From Chrysomallon squamiferum (Eukaryota; Animalia; Mollusca), in the NCBI GenBank assembly GCA_012295275.1, contig CM022679.1, positions 930,001-994,000 on the forward strand: a stretch of 64,000 nucleotides of DNA, given 5' to 3'. The notes beneath the pieces were generated by a model, which saw only the letters and a program-made list of their open reading frames with translations, had not been told where the DNA came from and ran no database searches. A program made the translations under genes and the position numbers. Numbering within the stretch: position 1 is the first letter of the stretch; each line of letters opens with the position of its first letter. Of this stretch, positions 43,066 to 56,880 are shown in pieces.

Positions 43066-45234
43066 TTAGATAACCTTTTCACAAATATATCGTGCAATAC
43101 TGTCACATGGGACATCAATCCAGCCGAACCGATACAACCCAAAGTCGAAATCCACGCAGAATTCTCCAACGTTCATGAAATTATTCGGTTCCCCTGATCC
43201 CCAGCTGGTGTAGCACAACCGTGAGCCGTCCAGCCACACCCAGTTACCGTTGTGACTCGGGTCGTGAGCTCCCACGTGAAACAAGGTACGTTGATGATCT
43301 AGAAAATAAATACATAAATAGATGAGAAACCCGCTCTCAACTGGACGTATACTGAAAACTGTATCGTATTCTAGGTCACACTGTATTACACATTTCTGTA
43401 TGAAATGCATGGCTACCTTGATAACATTGATACTATTAGTATTGAAGAATGAATAATTCGTTTTTATTCTTCAATTAATTTGTTCACTTCAGAAACGAGA
43501 GAGAGAGAGACGTTGTGTAATATTGGTTTCCCCGTTCTACTCACCAAGAGACAACATTTCCACAATGGCTGAGTTTTTCTGATGTGAGTCTAACTGTACA
43601 AGTCTCGCACCTTCTGACTGACATCTGTGTTGAGCTGAGAGCCACGTCTGTTTGTCTGACGACAACTTCACACATAGTGGTCCTTTTCTGATCAAACGAT
43701 AACCAACTGAGTTACACCTTTCTGTAACCAAACACAGAAAACACTTTGTTATAGAGATTACAAAAAAACACGTTGTTTATATATATTACAGAAAACGTTT
43801 GTTATGAGATTACAAAACATACTTTGTTGTAGAGATTACACAAAATACCAATAGTCACAAAAACAGAAACAGACAAAGAAACACACAACAGACGTTTTTA
43901 TAGAGATTACTCTTATCCATCAAGACACAGAAAGGCAAACACAGATAATCGGAAATACACAACACATTCAGTCCCATTATTAGTTTATATCTGTAAGAAT
44001 GAGTGTGTATAAACAGAATGGGAGATTATTAATGCTCTGTCTAAAATGAGATTTTGAAAATATAATGTTATGCAAGATACTGTTTTTAGAACTAGCTGGA
44101 ACAAAATAGTGCTATATAGATGTACTAACAGGAAAATACTGTTTTATACAGATTAATATCAAGATACTTCTATAAATTATCATAAGATCAAATACTGTGT
44201 TATATAGATTACACTGACATTAAAATCCTGTGTTATGTTGTTTATACTAACACCAAAGAGTATGGTATGTACATTATACTAACATAAAAATTCATTGAAA
44301 AATAGATTATTGTAATATAAAATGCTATGTTATTTAGACTGCGCTAACAACAGCATATTCCTTTATAGATTATAGTGAAAACAGTTCATTTATATGTAAC
44401 ACTTTATCACAGAGAGAGTTAAATATGCTAATCCATGTAGATATTACTAACTTAACTAAAGAAACATTGGTAACGTAATCAAATAAGTATTTGTCAACTT
44501 ACAAATAAACAATACTAAATTGATCAAATAAACATTAGTAAACTGACCAAATAAATATTAGTAACGTAACCAAATGAACATTAGTAAAGTTATCAAATAA
44601 ACAATACTAAATTAATCAAATAAATGTTAGTAAATTGATGAAATAAACATCAGTAACGTGTCCAAATTAACATTAGTAAGGTAACTGTATAAACAATATT
44701 AACCTGATCAAGTAAACAAAGATAAAATCCAAACAAACAATTGTAGCGTATCCTCATATGATAAAAATAGTAACACTAGCAATAAAAAACGTAACCAGAT
44801 AAATATTAACAATATAACCAGACATACAGTAATGAAATAACAAGATAATTAACAGAAACGTAACCAGAAAAAACCCCCGATAGTAACGTAATCAGATAAA
44901 TACTGACAATGTAACCAGATATACACTTGTGAAGCAACAAGATTATAAACAAAATGGTATAATAATATAAGCAGATAATATGCAAGAAACTAATACCTGA
45001 CTGTAGAACGAAGTAGATGATACCAGGTGATTTCCCAACACTGAAATTATCAAGCCATCTGTTTTCCAGGTAACAGTTTCTCTTTTCCTGGTTAAAGAAA
45101 CACGTGGAACATGTTGAGTTGCGACCACAGGAAATCACACATGCTATACGTGTGTCTGTCGGTACTGGAACCGTGGTGTTTGTAAAAACTAGCACGCTGT
45201 AGATACTGGCAATATACTGACTCATACAAACCAT
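43066..45234 (-). CDS. PAN/Apple + C-type lectin domain protein, copy 2 (exons ~45234-44997, 43721-43545, 43298-43066; EPN / WID)
   Basis: Same exon sizes (177 and 233 bp CTLD exons) and splice sites as copy 1; frame intact. Confidence 0.88.
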
Positions 45235-46528
45235 AGTCGAAAATAAATAAGAAAGCAATAGTTTAAAAAATGATATATGAGAAAATAAATGATCAGAAGT
45301 CAGATTTCAAATTGGAACAGTAGTAGTCGGAGATTTATATGAAACATCAGCAGTTAGATATATAAATGAGATATCAAAATGAAACGGTAATAGTTACACA
45401 CCAGAATGAACCAGTACTAGTCAGATATCAAAATAAAACAGTGATAGTCAGATATTAAAATGAAACTGTATCAGTCAAACTAAACAGTAGAAGACAGTTA
45501 TCAGAATGAAACACTAGTAGTCAGATATCGAAACGAAATAGTAATAGTCCGGTACCAAAATGAAATAGCAGTAGTCACATATCTAAATGTAACAATTATA
45601 ACACAATACAGCTTTTCATCTGATTGCATGGCAGGAACTATTGCAAAATACTGATCTTATCATTGTTTTCACCCTATTGTTAGTTGCCATGTTTGTCTGC
45701 AAATTGGTTTATTTGATCACTTAGGAGAGCATAATTGTGTATTATTTTCAAGAAAGCTGTCATATAAATATCTGATTAATTAATTATTATTATTATTTTG
45801 TTACACGTCATCGATCACACGTACAAACCTGACAGAGCGGCATTAAAATGTGAAAGATAAAAGACATTCTACGATGTTTGTTTAACAATTAATGAGGATA
45901 GTTTATAACATAAAATAACAAAATAACAAAAGAAGTCGGAAAACAACTCGAAGAATCCAAGTAAATAATAAATGAATTGGTTAATATGTGTGAGTACAAA
46001 GAAAATATTAGAGAACAGATTGCAGGTCAACAAGGTTTATATCATTATTTTTATTTTTTCATAATGATAATCAATTTCTATTTGGTTTTATTAAGCACTG
46101 AGTAAATTTCGTTCAAGTAAAGAACAAAAATTACAAACTTAAGCAAAGTTTCATTTTGAAAGAAGATATGAAAAACATTTGATTGACTGATTTGAATAAG
46201 AAAGAGCAGATCAAGAACATGCTAAGAAAGTAGAATTACAAAATTTTGTAGAAAAAGGAAAATGATGACATATACTTAAGCTACTCTGGAAGATGATGCA
46301 CTGAAAATCTTTTCTTGTAAAAGAGAAAAAAACATGCTCTGTCTACAAAGATTAAAAAGGTAGAATAACAACTGCTGGGGAAAGCTGAAAGTGGGTTTTA
46401 AAATCCACAAAATAAATTTATATGAATTTTTCTTTCTTTCAGTGTATTTAACTGTTTTGTACAGACAGGATTCAAAAAAAGAAAAAAAGAAAAAGAACAA
46501 CAACAACACAAAGTAAAAAGAATTAAAA

Positions 46529-46564
<36 letters not shown>

Positions 46565-46568
46565 AATA

Positions 46569-46621
<53 letters not shown>

Positions 46622-46824
46622 GACAGACACTTGAATTAAATAATTTTCCATGTATATTTATCGGATCCACTAAGCGTGTAGAACATGGGATGGTGTATGA
46701 TGAACATACAGATAGGACGTACCTGTTAGCCATGGTGACCTTCTTTTCGCTAATCTAGTTGCAAATTACACATGTCGGAAAACTGTTTTAAGAGATGAAC
46801 TATGATATTCCAAAGCTGCATAGA

Positions 46825-47050
46825 TTCATGTTCAATGTTACAGTTTTCTTAAATAAATTCATGTCAAATGTTACAGTATTATTAAGTAGCTTCGTGTTAA
46901 ATGTTACAGTATTGTTATATAGGTTCATGTCAAATGTTACAGTATTGTTATGTAGGTTCATGTCAAATGTTACAGTATTTCTATGAGACGTTATATTAAA
47001 CGGCACATTATTGTCATGTAGCGTCTTGTTAAATGTCACAGTAATATTTA
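46825..47050. repeat. 33-bp tandem repeat (atgttaaatgttacagtattgttatgtagcttc); related arrays at ~40495-40650, 41980-42095, 53520-53600, 60800-60905
   Basis: Repeated in each lectin spacer with variable copy number. Confidence 0.8.
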
Positions 47051-47103
47051 ACATGAAGCCACGCAGTAATACTGTAAGTAGGCTTATTGTTAGCGTATGG
47101 ACA

Positions 47104-47150
<47 letters not shown>

Positions 47151-47722
47151 AAAAAATAATGGTTCTCCTTCCTATTTAGAACATACACACAAACACAAAG
47201 AAATATTCACTGGGAAAAACTTAAACAAATGTCCGAAATTAATATAATTTTATTACTTTTATTGATTATTACGACTAAATTTTGATTTCTTTAATGTACT
47301 AATGAGAGTTGCATTTTTCAGTATGTTGTTTTTGTTTATGTAAGGTGTTTTTATCACACGTAATGAATTTTTAACGGCAAATAACAAGGTAAGTAATATA
47401 ATTTTATTTATTATGTTCATTATTCTTTATTCAGTATTATTTTTGTTTTCAAGGTTTTCCGATAGTTAGAATCTATCATGAGTTTTTAAAGTTAGTATTG
47501 TGGTGTTTGTCTTCATTTTGAAGAATTTATAAGATATTATGTAACGAATATAGATTTGAAACGTAGAGATAAATTTTGTCAATTATTAAAATCGAACAGG
47601 ATAACCGAAGTAACCACATAAATCAATTACCTTCTGTGTGACTGTTTACAAGCTGGTCAATTTAGGTAAACTATCTCGTACGACCATAACACTTTGAGAG
47701 ATGTTTGGACTGCAACAAGAAC

Positions 47723-47771
<49 letters not shown>

Positions 47772-48020
47772 AAGGAAGAAAGAAAAATAGAATGAAATAA
47801 AATTCATTAAGATAAGAATAGTGTTAAAAAAGTAATAAGAAAAACAGAAAGAAAAAAGACAAGAAAATATATTTAACAAGTCATTGTTTATAGTATATCA
47901 AGTTAATGCAACAGAATTTAGACGAAACAGAAATCCGGAAATTGAAAAATTATACATCTCTTTCTCCTTTGTGTAATAATTACAAAGGATTGTGTTCTGT
48001 TTTATATTTCTCTGTGTTAT

Positions 48021-50162
48021 TTAGATAACTTTTTCACAAATATATCGTGCAATTTTGTCACATGTGACGTCAATCCAGCCGAACCGATACAACCCGAAGT
48101 CTAAATCCATGCAGAATTCTCCATCATTGTTGTAATTATCCGGTTCCCCTGGTCCCCAGCTGGTGTAGCTCAACCGTGAGCCGTCCAGCCACACCCAGGT
48201 ACCGTTGTGGGTCGGGTCGTGAGCTCCCACGTGAAACAAGGTACCTTGATGATCTAGAAAATAAATACATAACTAGATGAGAAACCCGCTCTCAACTGGA
48301 CGTATACTGAAAAGTGTATCATATTCTTTGTGACACTGTATTACAATTTTTGTATCAAATGCATGGCTACCTTTCACCACATATATGATAATATTGATAC
48401 TATTAGTATTGAATAATGAATAACTCGTTTTTATTCCCGTTCTACTCACCAAGAGACAACATTTCCACAATGGCTGAGTTTTTCTGATGTGAGTCTAACA
48501 GTACAAGTCTCGCACCTTCTGACTGACATCTGTGTTGAGCTGAGATCCACGTCTGTCGGTCTGACGACAACTTCACACACAGCGGTCCTTTTCTGATCAA
48601 ACGATAACCATCTGAGTTACACCTGTCTGTAACCAAACATAGTAACACTTTTTTTATAGAGATTACACAAAGCATTTTGTAATACAAATTACACAAAATA
48701 CTTTGTTATAGACATTAGACAAAACACTTCGTTCTACAGTTTACATAAAACTCTTTATTTTAGAGATTACACAAAATACGCACGCAGACACAGAAACACA
48801 CAAACAGAAAACACACGTTTTTATAGAGATTACTCTTATCCATCAAGACACAGAAACACAGACACAGATAATCAGAAATACACAACACATTCAGTCCTAT
48901 TAGCATATCTATATCTGTAAGAATGTGTATGTACAAACAGAATGGGAGATTATTAATGCTCTGACTAAAATGAAATTTTGAAAATATAAGGTAATGCAAA
49001 GTACTGTTTTTAGAACTAGCTGGAACAAAATAGTGCTATATAGATGTACTAACAGGAAAATACTGTTTTTACAGATTATATTAATATCAAGATACTTGTA
49101 TAAATTATGATAAGATCAAATACTGTGTTACATAGATTATACTGACATTAAAATCCTATGTTATGTTGTTTATACTAACACCAAAGAGTATGGTATGTAG
49201 ATTATACTAACATAAAAATTCATTGAAAAATAGATTACTGTAATATAAAGTGCTATGTTATTTAGACTGCGCTAACAACAGAATATTCCTATATAGATTA
49301 TAGTGAAAACAGTTCATTTATATGTAACACTTTATCACAGAGAGAGTTAAATATGCTAATCCATGTAGATATTACTAACTTAACTAAAGAAAAATTGGTA
49401 ACGTAATCAAATAAGTATTTGTCAACTTACAAATAAACAATACTAAATTGATCAAATAAACATTAGTAAACTGACCAAATAAATATTAGTAAAGTATCCA
49501 AATGAACATTAGTAAAGTTATCAAATAAACAATACTAAATTAATCAAATAAATGTTAGTAAATTGATGAAATAAACATCAGTAACGTGTCCAAATTAACG
49601 TTAGTAAAGTAACTGTATAAACAATATTAACCTGATCAAGTAAACAAAGTTAAAATCCAAACAAACAATTGTAGCGTATCTTGATATGATAAAAATAGTA
49701 ACACTAGCAATATAAAACGTAACCAGATAAATATTAACAATATAACCAGACATACAGTAATGAAATAACAAGATAATTAACAGAAACGTAACCAGAAAGA
49801 AACCCCGATAGTAACGTAATCAGATAAATACTAACAATATAACCAGATATATACTTGTGAAGCAACAAGATTATAAACAAAATGTTATAATAATATAAGC
49901 AGATAATATGCAAGAAACTAATACCTGACTGTAGAACGAAGTAGATGATACCAGCTGATATCCCAACACTGAAATTATCAAGCCATCTGTTTTCCAGGTA
50001 ACAGTTTCTCTTTTCCTGGTTAAAGAAACACGTGGAACATGTTGAATTCTGAGCACAGGAAAGCACACATGCTATACGTGTGTCTGTCGGTACTGGAACC
50101 GTGGTGTTTGTAAAAACTAGCACGCTGTAGATACTGGCAACATACTGACTCATACAAACCAT
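48021..50162 (-). CDS. PAN/Apple + C-type lectin domain protein, copy 3 (exons ~50162-49925, 48626-48450, 48253-48021; EPD / WID)
   Basis: Same exon structure, intact frame, conserved cysteines. Confidence 0.88.
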
Positions 50163-51468
50163 AGTGGTAAATAAATTATAAAGCAATAGTTTAAAAAATG
50201 ATATATGAGGAAAATAAATGATCAGAAGTCAGATTTCAAATTGGAACAGTAGTAGTCGGAGATTTATATGAAACATCAGCAGTTAGATATATAAATGAGA
50301 TATCAAAATGAAACGGTAATAGTTACACACCAGAATGAACCAGTACTAGTCAGATATCAAAATAAAACAGTGGTAGTCAGATATTAAAATGAAACTGTAT
50401 CAGTCAAACTAAACAGTGGAAGGCAATTATCAGAATGAAACAGTAGTAGTCAGACACACAAACGAGACAGTAATAGTCCAGTGAAATAGCAGTAGTCACA
50501 AATCAAAATGTGACAACAATAACACACTTCAGCTTTTCAACTGATTCTTTGACAGGAAGTATTGCAAAATATTGATCTCATCATTGTTTTCACCCTATTG
50601 TTAATTTCCATGTTTCTCTGAAAATGGGTTTGTTCATCTCACAGGAGAGCGAGTTTTTGTTTTGTTTCAAGAAAGCTGTCATATAAATATCTGATTAATT
50701 AATTATTATTATTATTTTGTTACACTTCATCAATCACACGTATGTATCTGAAATGTGAAAAACAAGAGACATCCTATGATATTTGTTTAACAATTAATGA
50801 TTTTATTTTATTAACATAAAAGAAAACAAAAATAACAATAGAAGTCGCAAAACAACTCGAAGAATCCAAGCAAATAATATATGACTTGATTAATATGTGT
50901 GAGTACAAAGAAAAGAATAGAGAACAGATTGCAGCTCAACAAAAAGTTTATATCATTATTTTTATTTTTATTTTTTCATAATGATAATTAATTTCTATTT
51001 GGTGTTATTAAGCATTGAGTAAATTTCGTTCAAGTGAATGACTAAAATTACAAACTTAAACAAACTTTAATTATGAAAGAAGATTTTGAAAGAAATGTGA
51101 TTTGAATAAGAAAGAGCAGATCGAGAAGATGCTAAGAAAGTAGAATTAGAAAATACTGTAGAAAGACTGTGATGAGATATATAGACAAAACTGTCCTATG
51201 TTGGAAGATGATGCATTGAAAATCTTTTCTTGTAAAAGAGAAAAAACATGCTCTGTCTATAAAGATAAAAACGGTAGAATAACAATTGTAATGGAGTGCT
51301 GGGGAAAACTGAAAGTGGGTTTTAAAATTCACAAAATAAATTTATATGATTTTCTGTTTCTTTCAGTGTAATTAATTGTTTTAGACAGACAGGAATCAAA
51401 AAAGAAAGAAAAGAGAAAGAACAACAACAACACAAAGTAAAAATAATTAAAATAAATAAATAAATAAG

Positions 51469-51539
<71 letters not shown>

Positions 51540-51621
51540 CAAGATATACACTTGTGAAGCAACAAGATTAAAAAATAAATGTTATAATAATATAAGCAGA
51601 TAATATGCAAGAAACTAATAC

Positions 51622-51859
51622 CTGACTGTAGAACGAAGTAGATGATACCAGCTGATATCCCAACACTGAAATTATCAAGCCATCTGTTTTCCAGATAACA
51701 GTTTCTCTTTTCCTGGTTGAAGAAACACGTGGAACATGTTGAGTTGCGACCACAGGAAATCACACATGCTATACGTGTGTCTGTCGGTACTGGAACCGTG
51801 GTGTTTGTAAAAACTAGGACGCTGTAGATACTGGCAATATACTGACTCATACAAACCAT
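51622..51859 (-). pseudogene. Orphan PAN-domain exon of a truncated lectin unit (or an alternative PAN exon for copy 3)
   Basis: Intact PAN exon with donor CAG|GTATT. About 80 bp into the intron the sequence jumps to an (AAAT)n tract and the upstream region of copy 3; there are no CTLD exons. Confidence 0.7.
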
Positions 51860-53187
51860 AGTCGTAAATAAATAAGAAAGCAATAGTTTAAAAAATGATA
51901 TATGAGGAAAATAAATGATCAGAAGTCAGATATCAAATTGGAACAGCAGTAGTCGGAGTTTTACATGAAACATCAGCAGTTAGATATACAAATAAGATAT
52001 CAAAATGAAACGGTAATAGTTACACACCAGAATGAACCAGTACTAGTCAGATATCAAAATAAAACAGTGGTAGTCAGATATTAAAATTAAACTGTATCAG
52101 TCAAACTAAACAGTAGAAGACAGTTATCAGAATGAAACAGTAGTAGTCAGACATTCAAACGAGACAGTAATAGTCCGGTACCAAAATGAAATAGCAGTAG
52201 TCACATATCAAAATATAACAACAATAACACACTTTAGCTTTTCAACTGATTCTTTGACAGGAACTGTTGCAAAATATTGATCTTATCATTGTTTTCACGC
52301 TATTGTTAATTCCCATGTTTGTCTGCAAATTGGTTTATTTGATCACTTAGGATTGCATAATTGTGTATTATTTTCAAGAAAGCTGTCATATAAATATGAG
52401 ATTAAGTAATTATTATTATTATTGTTTTGTTACACTTCATGAATCACACGTACAAACCTGACGGAGCGTCATTTAAATGTGAAAGATAAAAGACATTCTA
52501 CGATGTTTGTTTAACAATTAATGAGGATAGTTTATAACATAAAATAACAAAATAACAAAAGAAGTCGGAAAACAACTCGAAGAATCCAAGTAAATAATAT
52601 ATGACTTGATTAATATGTGTGAGAACAAAGAAATTAATAGAGAACAGATTGCAGGTCAACAAGGTTTATATCATTATTCTTATTTTTATTTTTTCATAAT
52701 GGTAATCAATTTCTATTTGGTTTTATTAAGCTCTGAGTAAATTTCATTCAAGTAAAGAACAAAAATTACAAACTTAAGCAAAGTTTCATTTTGAAAGAAG
52801 ATTTTGAAAGAAATTTGATTGACTGATTAGAATAAGAAAGAGCAGATCAAGAACATGCTAAGAAAGTAGAATTAGAAAATTTTCTAGAAAAAGGAAAATG
52901 ATGACATATACTTAAGCTACTCTGGAAGATGATGCACTGAAAATCTTTTCTTGTAAAAGAGAAAAAACATGCTCTGTCTATAAAGATTAAAAAGGTAGAA
53001 TAACAACTGCTGGGGAAAGCTGAAAGTGGGTTTTAAAATCCACAAAATAAATTTATATGACTTTCTGTTCCTTTCAGTGTATTTAATTGTTTTAGACAGA
53101 CAGGAATCAAAAAAGAAAGAAAAGAGAAAGAACAACAACAACACAAAGTAAAAATAATTAAAATAAATAAATAAATAAATAAATAAG

Positions 53188-53285
<98 letters not shown>

Positions 53286-53667
53286 CACAAACACTTGAAT
53301 TAGATAATTTTCCATGTATATTTATCGGATCCACTAAGCGTGTAGAACGTGGGATGGTGTATGATGGAACATACAGATAGGACGTACCTGTTAGCCATGG
53401 TGACCTTCTTTTCGCTAATCTAGTTGTAAATTAGACATCTCGGAAAACTGTTTTAAGAGATGAACTATGATATTCCAAAGCTGCATAGATTAATATTTAA
53501 TGTTAGTTTTCTTTCGTAGCTTCATGTTAAATGTTACAGTATTTTATGTAGCGTCTTGTTAAATGTTACAGTATTGTTATGAAGCGTCTTGTTAAATGTT
53601 ATTTAACATTAACCCCTGCAGTAATACTGTAGGTAGGCTCATGATATGGACATAATAAATAAGTTAA

Positions 53668-53703
<36 letters not shown>

Positions 53704-55154
53704 AATGGTTCTCCTTCCTATTAGAAAACACACACACACAAACACACACACACACACACACATTCACTCGGAAAAAAAAACTGTGAACAAATGTTCGTAA
53801 TTTAGAGATATTTTTTTTTTCATTATTCAAAACGAACAGGATAACCCAAGTAACCATATAAATCAGTAACCTTCTGTGCAAGCTGGTTAATTTAGATAAA
53901 CTATCTCGTACGACCATAACACTTTGAGAGATGTTTGGACTGCAACAACAACAACAAGAACGACAACAAAAAAAATGAAATAAAATAAAATGATATAAAA
54001 TAAATTAAAATAATAATAGTGTTAAAAAAGGAATAATAAAATAAAGAACAAAAAATAAAAAAATAAAAAAATGACTAAAGAAAATAGATATTTAATAAAA
54101 AGGATATCAAGTCATTGTTTATGGTATATCAAGTTAATGCAATACAATTTAGACAATTTAGAAATCCAGAAATTGAAAAATTGCAAATCTCTTTCTCCTT
54201 TGTGTAATAATTACGAAGTATTGAGTTCTTTTGCATATTTTCTGTGTTATTTAGATAACTTTTTCACAAATATATCGTTCAATACTGTCACATGTGACGT
54301 CAATCCAGCCGAACTGATAGAGCCCGAAGTCTAAATCCACGCAGAATTCTCCATCATTGTTGTAATTATCCGGTTCTCCTGGTGCCCAGCTGGTGTAGCT
54401 CAACCGTGAGCCGTCCAGCCACACCCAGGTACCGTTGTGGGTCGGGTCGTGAGCTCCCACGTGAAACAAGGTACGTTGATGATCTAGAAAATAAATACAT
54501 AACTAGATGAGAAACCCGCTTTCAACTGGACGTATACTGAAAAGTATGACAATTTGTTTGTGTGAATATAACACACATTGTAAAAAAGCATGGCTATCTT
54601 GTACCACATACATGATATCATCGTATCATATGCATGATTATATTGTATCATAATATTGCACATATTGTATCTGATGAATGGCTATCTTATCTCACAAACA
54701 TGATAATATTGTATCACATACATTCTGACATTTTATCATATACAAGTGATAAGGAACGTTCATCATGATGCTCATCAGTATCGCCACCAGCTTCAATACT
54801 ATTAGTATTGAATAATGAATAATTCTGTTTTATTCTTCAATTGATTTGTTCACCTCACAAACGAGCGAGACAGAGAGGTTGTATATTACTGTTTTTCCCG
54901 TTCTACTCACCAAGAGACAACATTTCCACAGTGGCTGAGTTTTTCTGATGTGAGTCTAACAGTACAAGTCTCGCACCTTCTGACTGACATCTGTGTTGAG
55001 CTGAGAGCCACGTCTGTTTGTCTGACGACAACTTCACACACAGTGGTCCTTTTCTGATCAAACGGTAACCATCTGAGTTACACCTTTCTGTAACCAAACA
55101 TAGAAAACGCTTTGTTTTAGAGATAACACAAAACACTTTATAATACAGATTACA

Positions 55155-56826
55155 TTATTGTTGCCAGTAAAAATTAATTTCTATTTAGTGCATTAAGAAT
55201 CGAAAATCTTTAGAGATGTTTTTCATATCTTGGTTTATCTGCAAGGAGTGCAGTATCATCGGGATAGAGTAACAATTAATGTATGCATCAAATAATCATT
55301 GAACAATTAGTCTGTGTTTATGCTCTGGCAATCATTGATTTTAAATAATTCGTCTATATCATCGAGATACAATGACAATAACCAATGAAATAGATTTTCA
55401 CCTTGTCTAAAACCAACACAACAGGGGAAATAGTCTGGTAATGAGTTGTGTGCACTGATACTAGATTTAATATTCTGATATATATTACTTACAAACATTT
55501 ACATATTATACCATTTTGAGTAAATCAGAATTATAGTATAATCAACGATACTTGTTGTCTTAAAATTAGTTTTATTAACATTTTTATCAATGCCAGCTCT
55601 TCCGTTTTACAATATACATGTCATTATTGAAAAATTCATTAAGGTTATAGCCATGACTATTTGGCCTAAAATATTCTAACTTTTTCTTTCTAGAGAAATT
55701 CCTAAATTTAGCAGATTGTTTGGCTCGTTCATAAAATTAAATAATTCATCTGAAACTTCTGTCATGTTATTTGTTTTAGTTTCACATTTTATATAATCTG
55801 GAAGTCTCTGTGTTCTGGTGTTAAAGTCGCCGACGAGAACAATATCTCTTTCAGCAGATATCAGATCCGATTTGTATTATTTGTATATATTGTGTAACCT
55901 GATATTTCTACCTTATCAGTTTAATCAAGTTTGGTTTCTACTAAACACAAAATATCATACTGATAAAAATGTTTAGTTTTCAAGCGACAGACATTTAATA
56001 GTACAATATCTACAGACTCACAAGTGTTGATTCTACTTCGATACTTCAGTCGTTTCATTTTAATTGACACCAGTTCGATTTTGAAAAAATATTTTCATGT
56101 TTCGTTTGTTCTTTAAAAATTTACTTAATGCCAAGGTCGTTGTATCCTTGACGTGTGTTTCTATAAAAATCAGATTCTTTCTCACTGATCGTGTCTGAAT
56201 AACTAACACATTTTCATACAGATCTTCATAAGCTGTCAATATCATTATTATCTCTTCCTTCCTAGCTTCAACCACATCCGCCATATTCTTTCTTTCCGAA
56301 TGTGCTTCTTCGAATGTACCGTTTACAAAATTTAAACATTTTTCTAATTCAGAGATTTTCTTGTGACTTTCATGCAAGTGAATTTTAGAATCACTGACAC
56401 TGGTTTCAGTAATTTTTAACGTTTCTCAATACCTTCTATTTGATATTTTATTTAGTTTCTGAAATATCTGTTTGGTCCATGATGGAATTTGCTGTTGTAT
56501 CACAGCCTGGACTTGGTAAGATGGATTTTCGCAATCAGGCAAACAACTTAATGCACTGCTAAATAAACTTGCGACTGTTTCAGACGCACTAGTCGGAGAA
56601 GCTGACGTCATCTTTTCTTTCGTTTCTGTTCGTTTCTGGTTCTTTCCTTTCTTCGTCCGCTCCTCCTTCTTATTTTGGCATAGAACAAGGTTATTTTGTC
56701 ATATCAGATGTCATGTATCATTAATAATTTGTTTCCACCATATTTATATTAAAATATTCAAAAATAAGATATATAATACTCGTGCTAATTTTCTTCAAGC
56801 TTGCACCATCTTGTCATGCGCAGTCG
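55155..56826 (-). mobile_element. Degenerate LINE remnant in the intron of lectin copy 4: ORF1, AP-endonuclease and RT fragments
   Basis: ORF1-like coiled coil plus RSVRKNLIF (56060-56377). APE motifs YDILCLVETKLD and IVLVGDFNTRT (~55815-55960). RT motif VGFRQGENL...LYLDDI (55307-55498). Boundaries approximate. Confidence 0.8.
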
Positions 56827-56880
56827 ACTTGTCATACACGGTATTACAGAATCGTCATTATGTAATGAATGCCAGATTTA

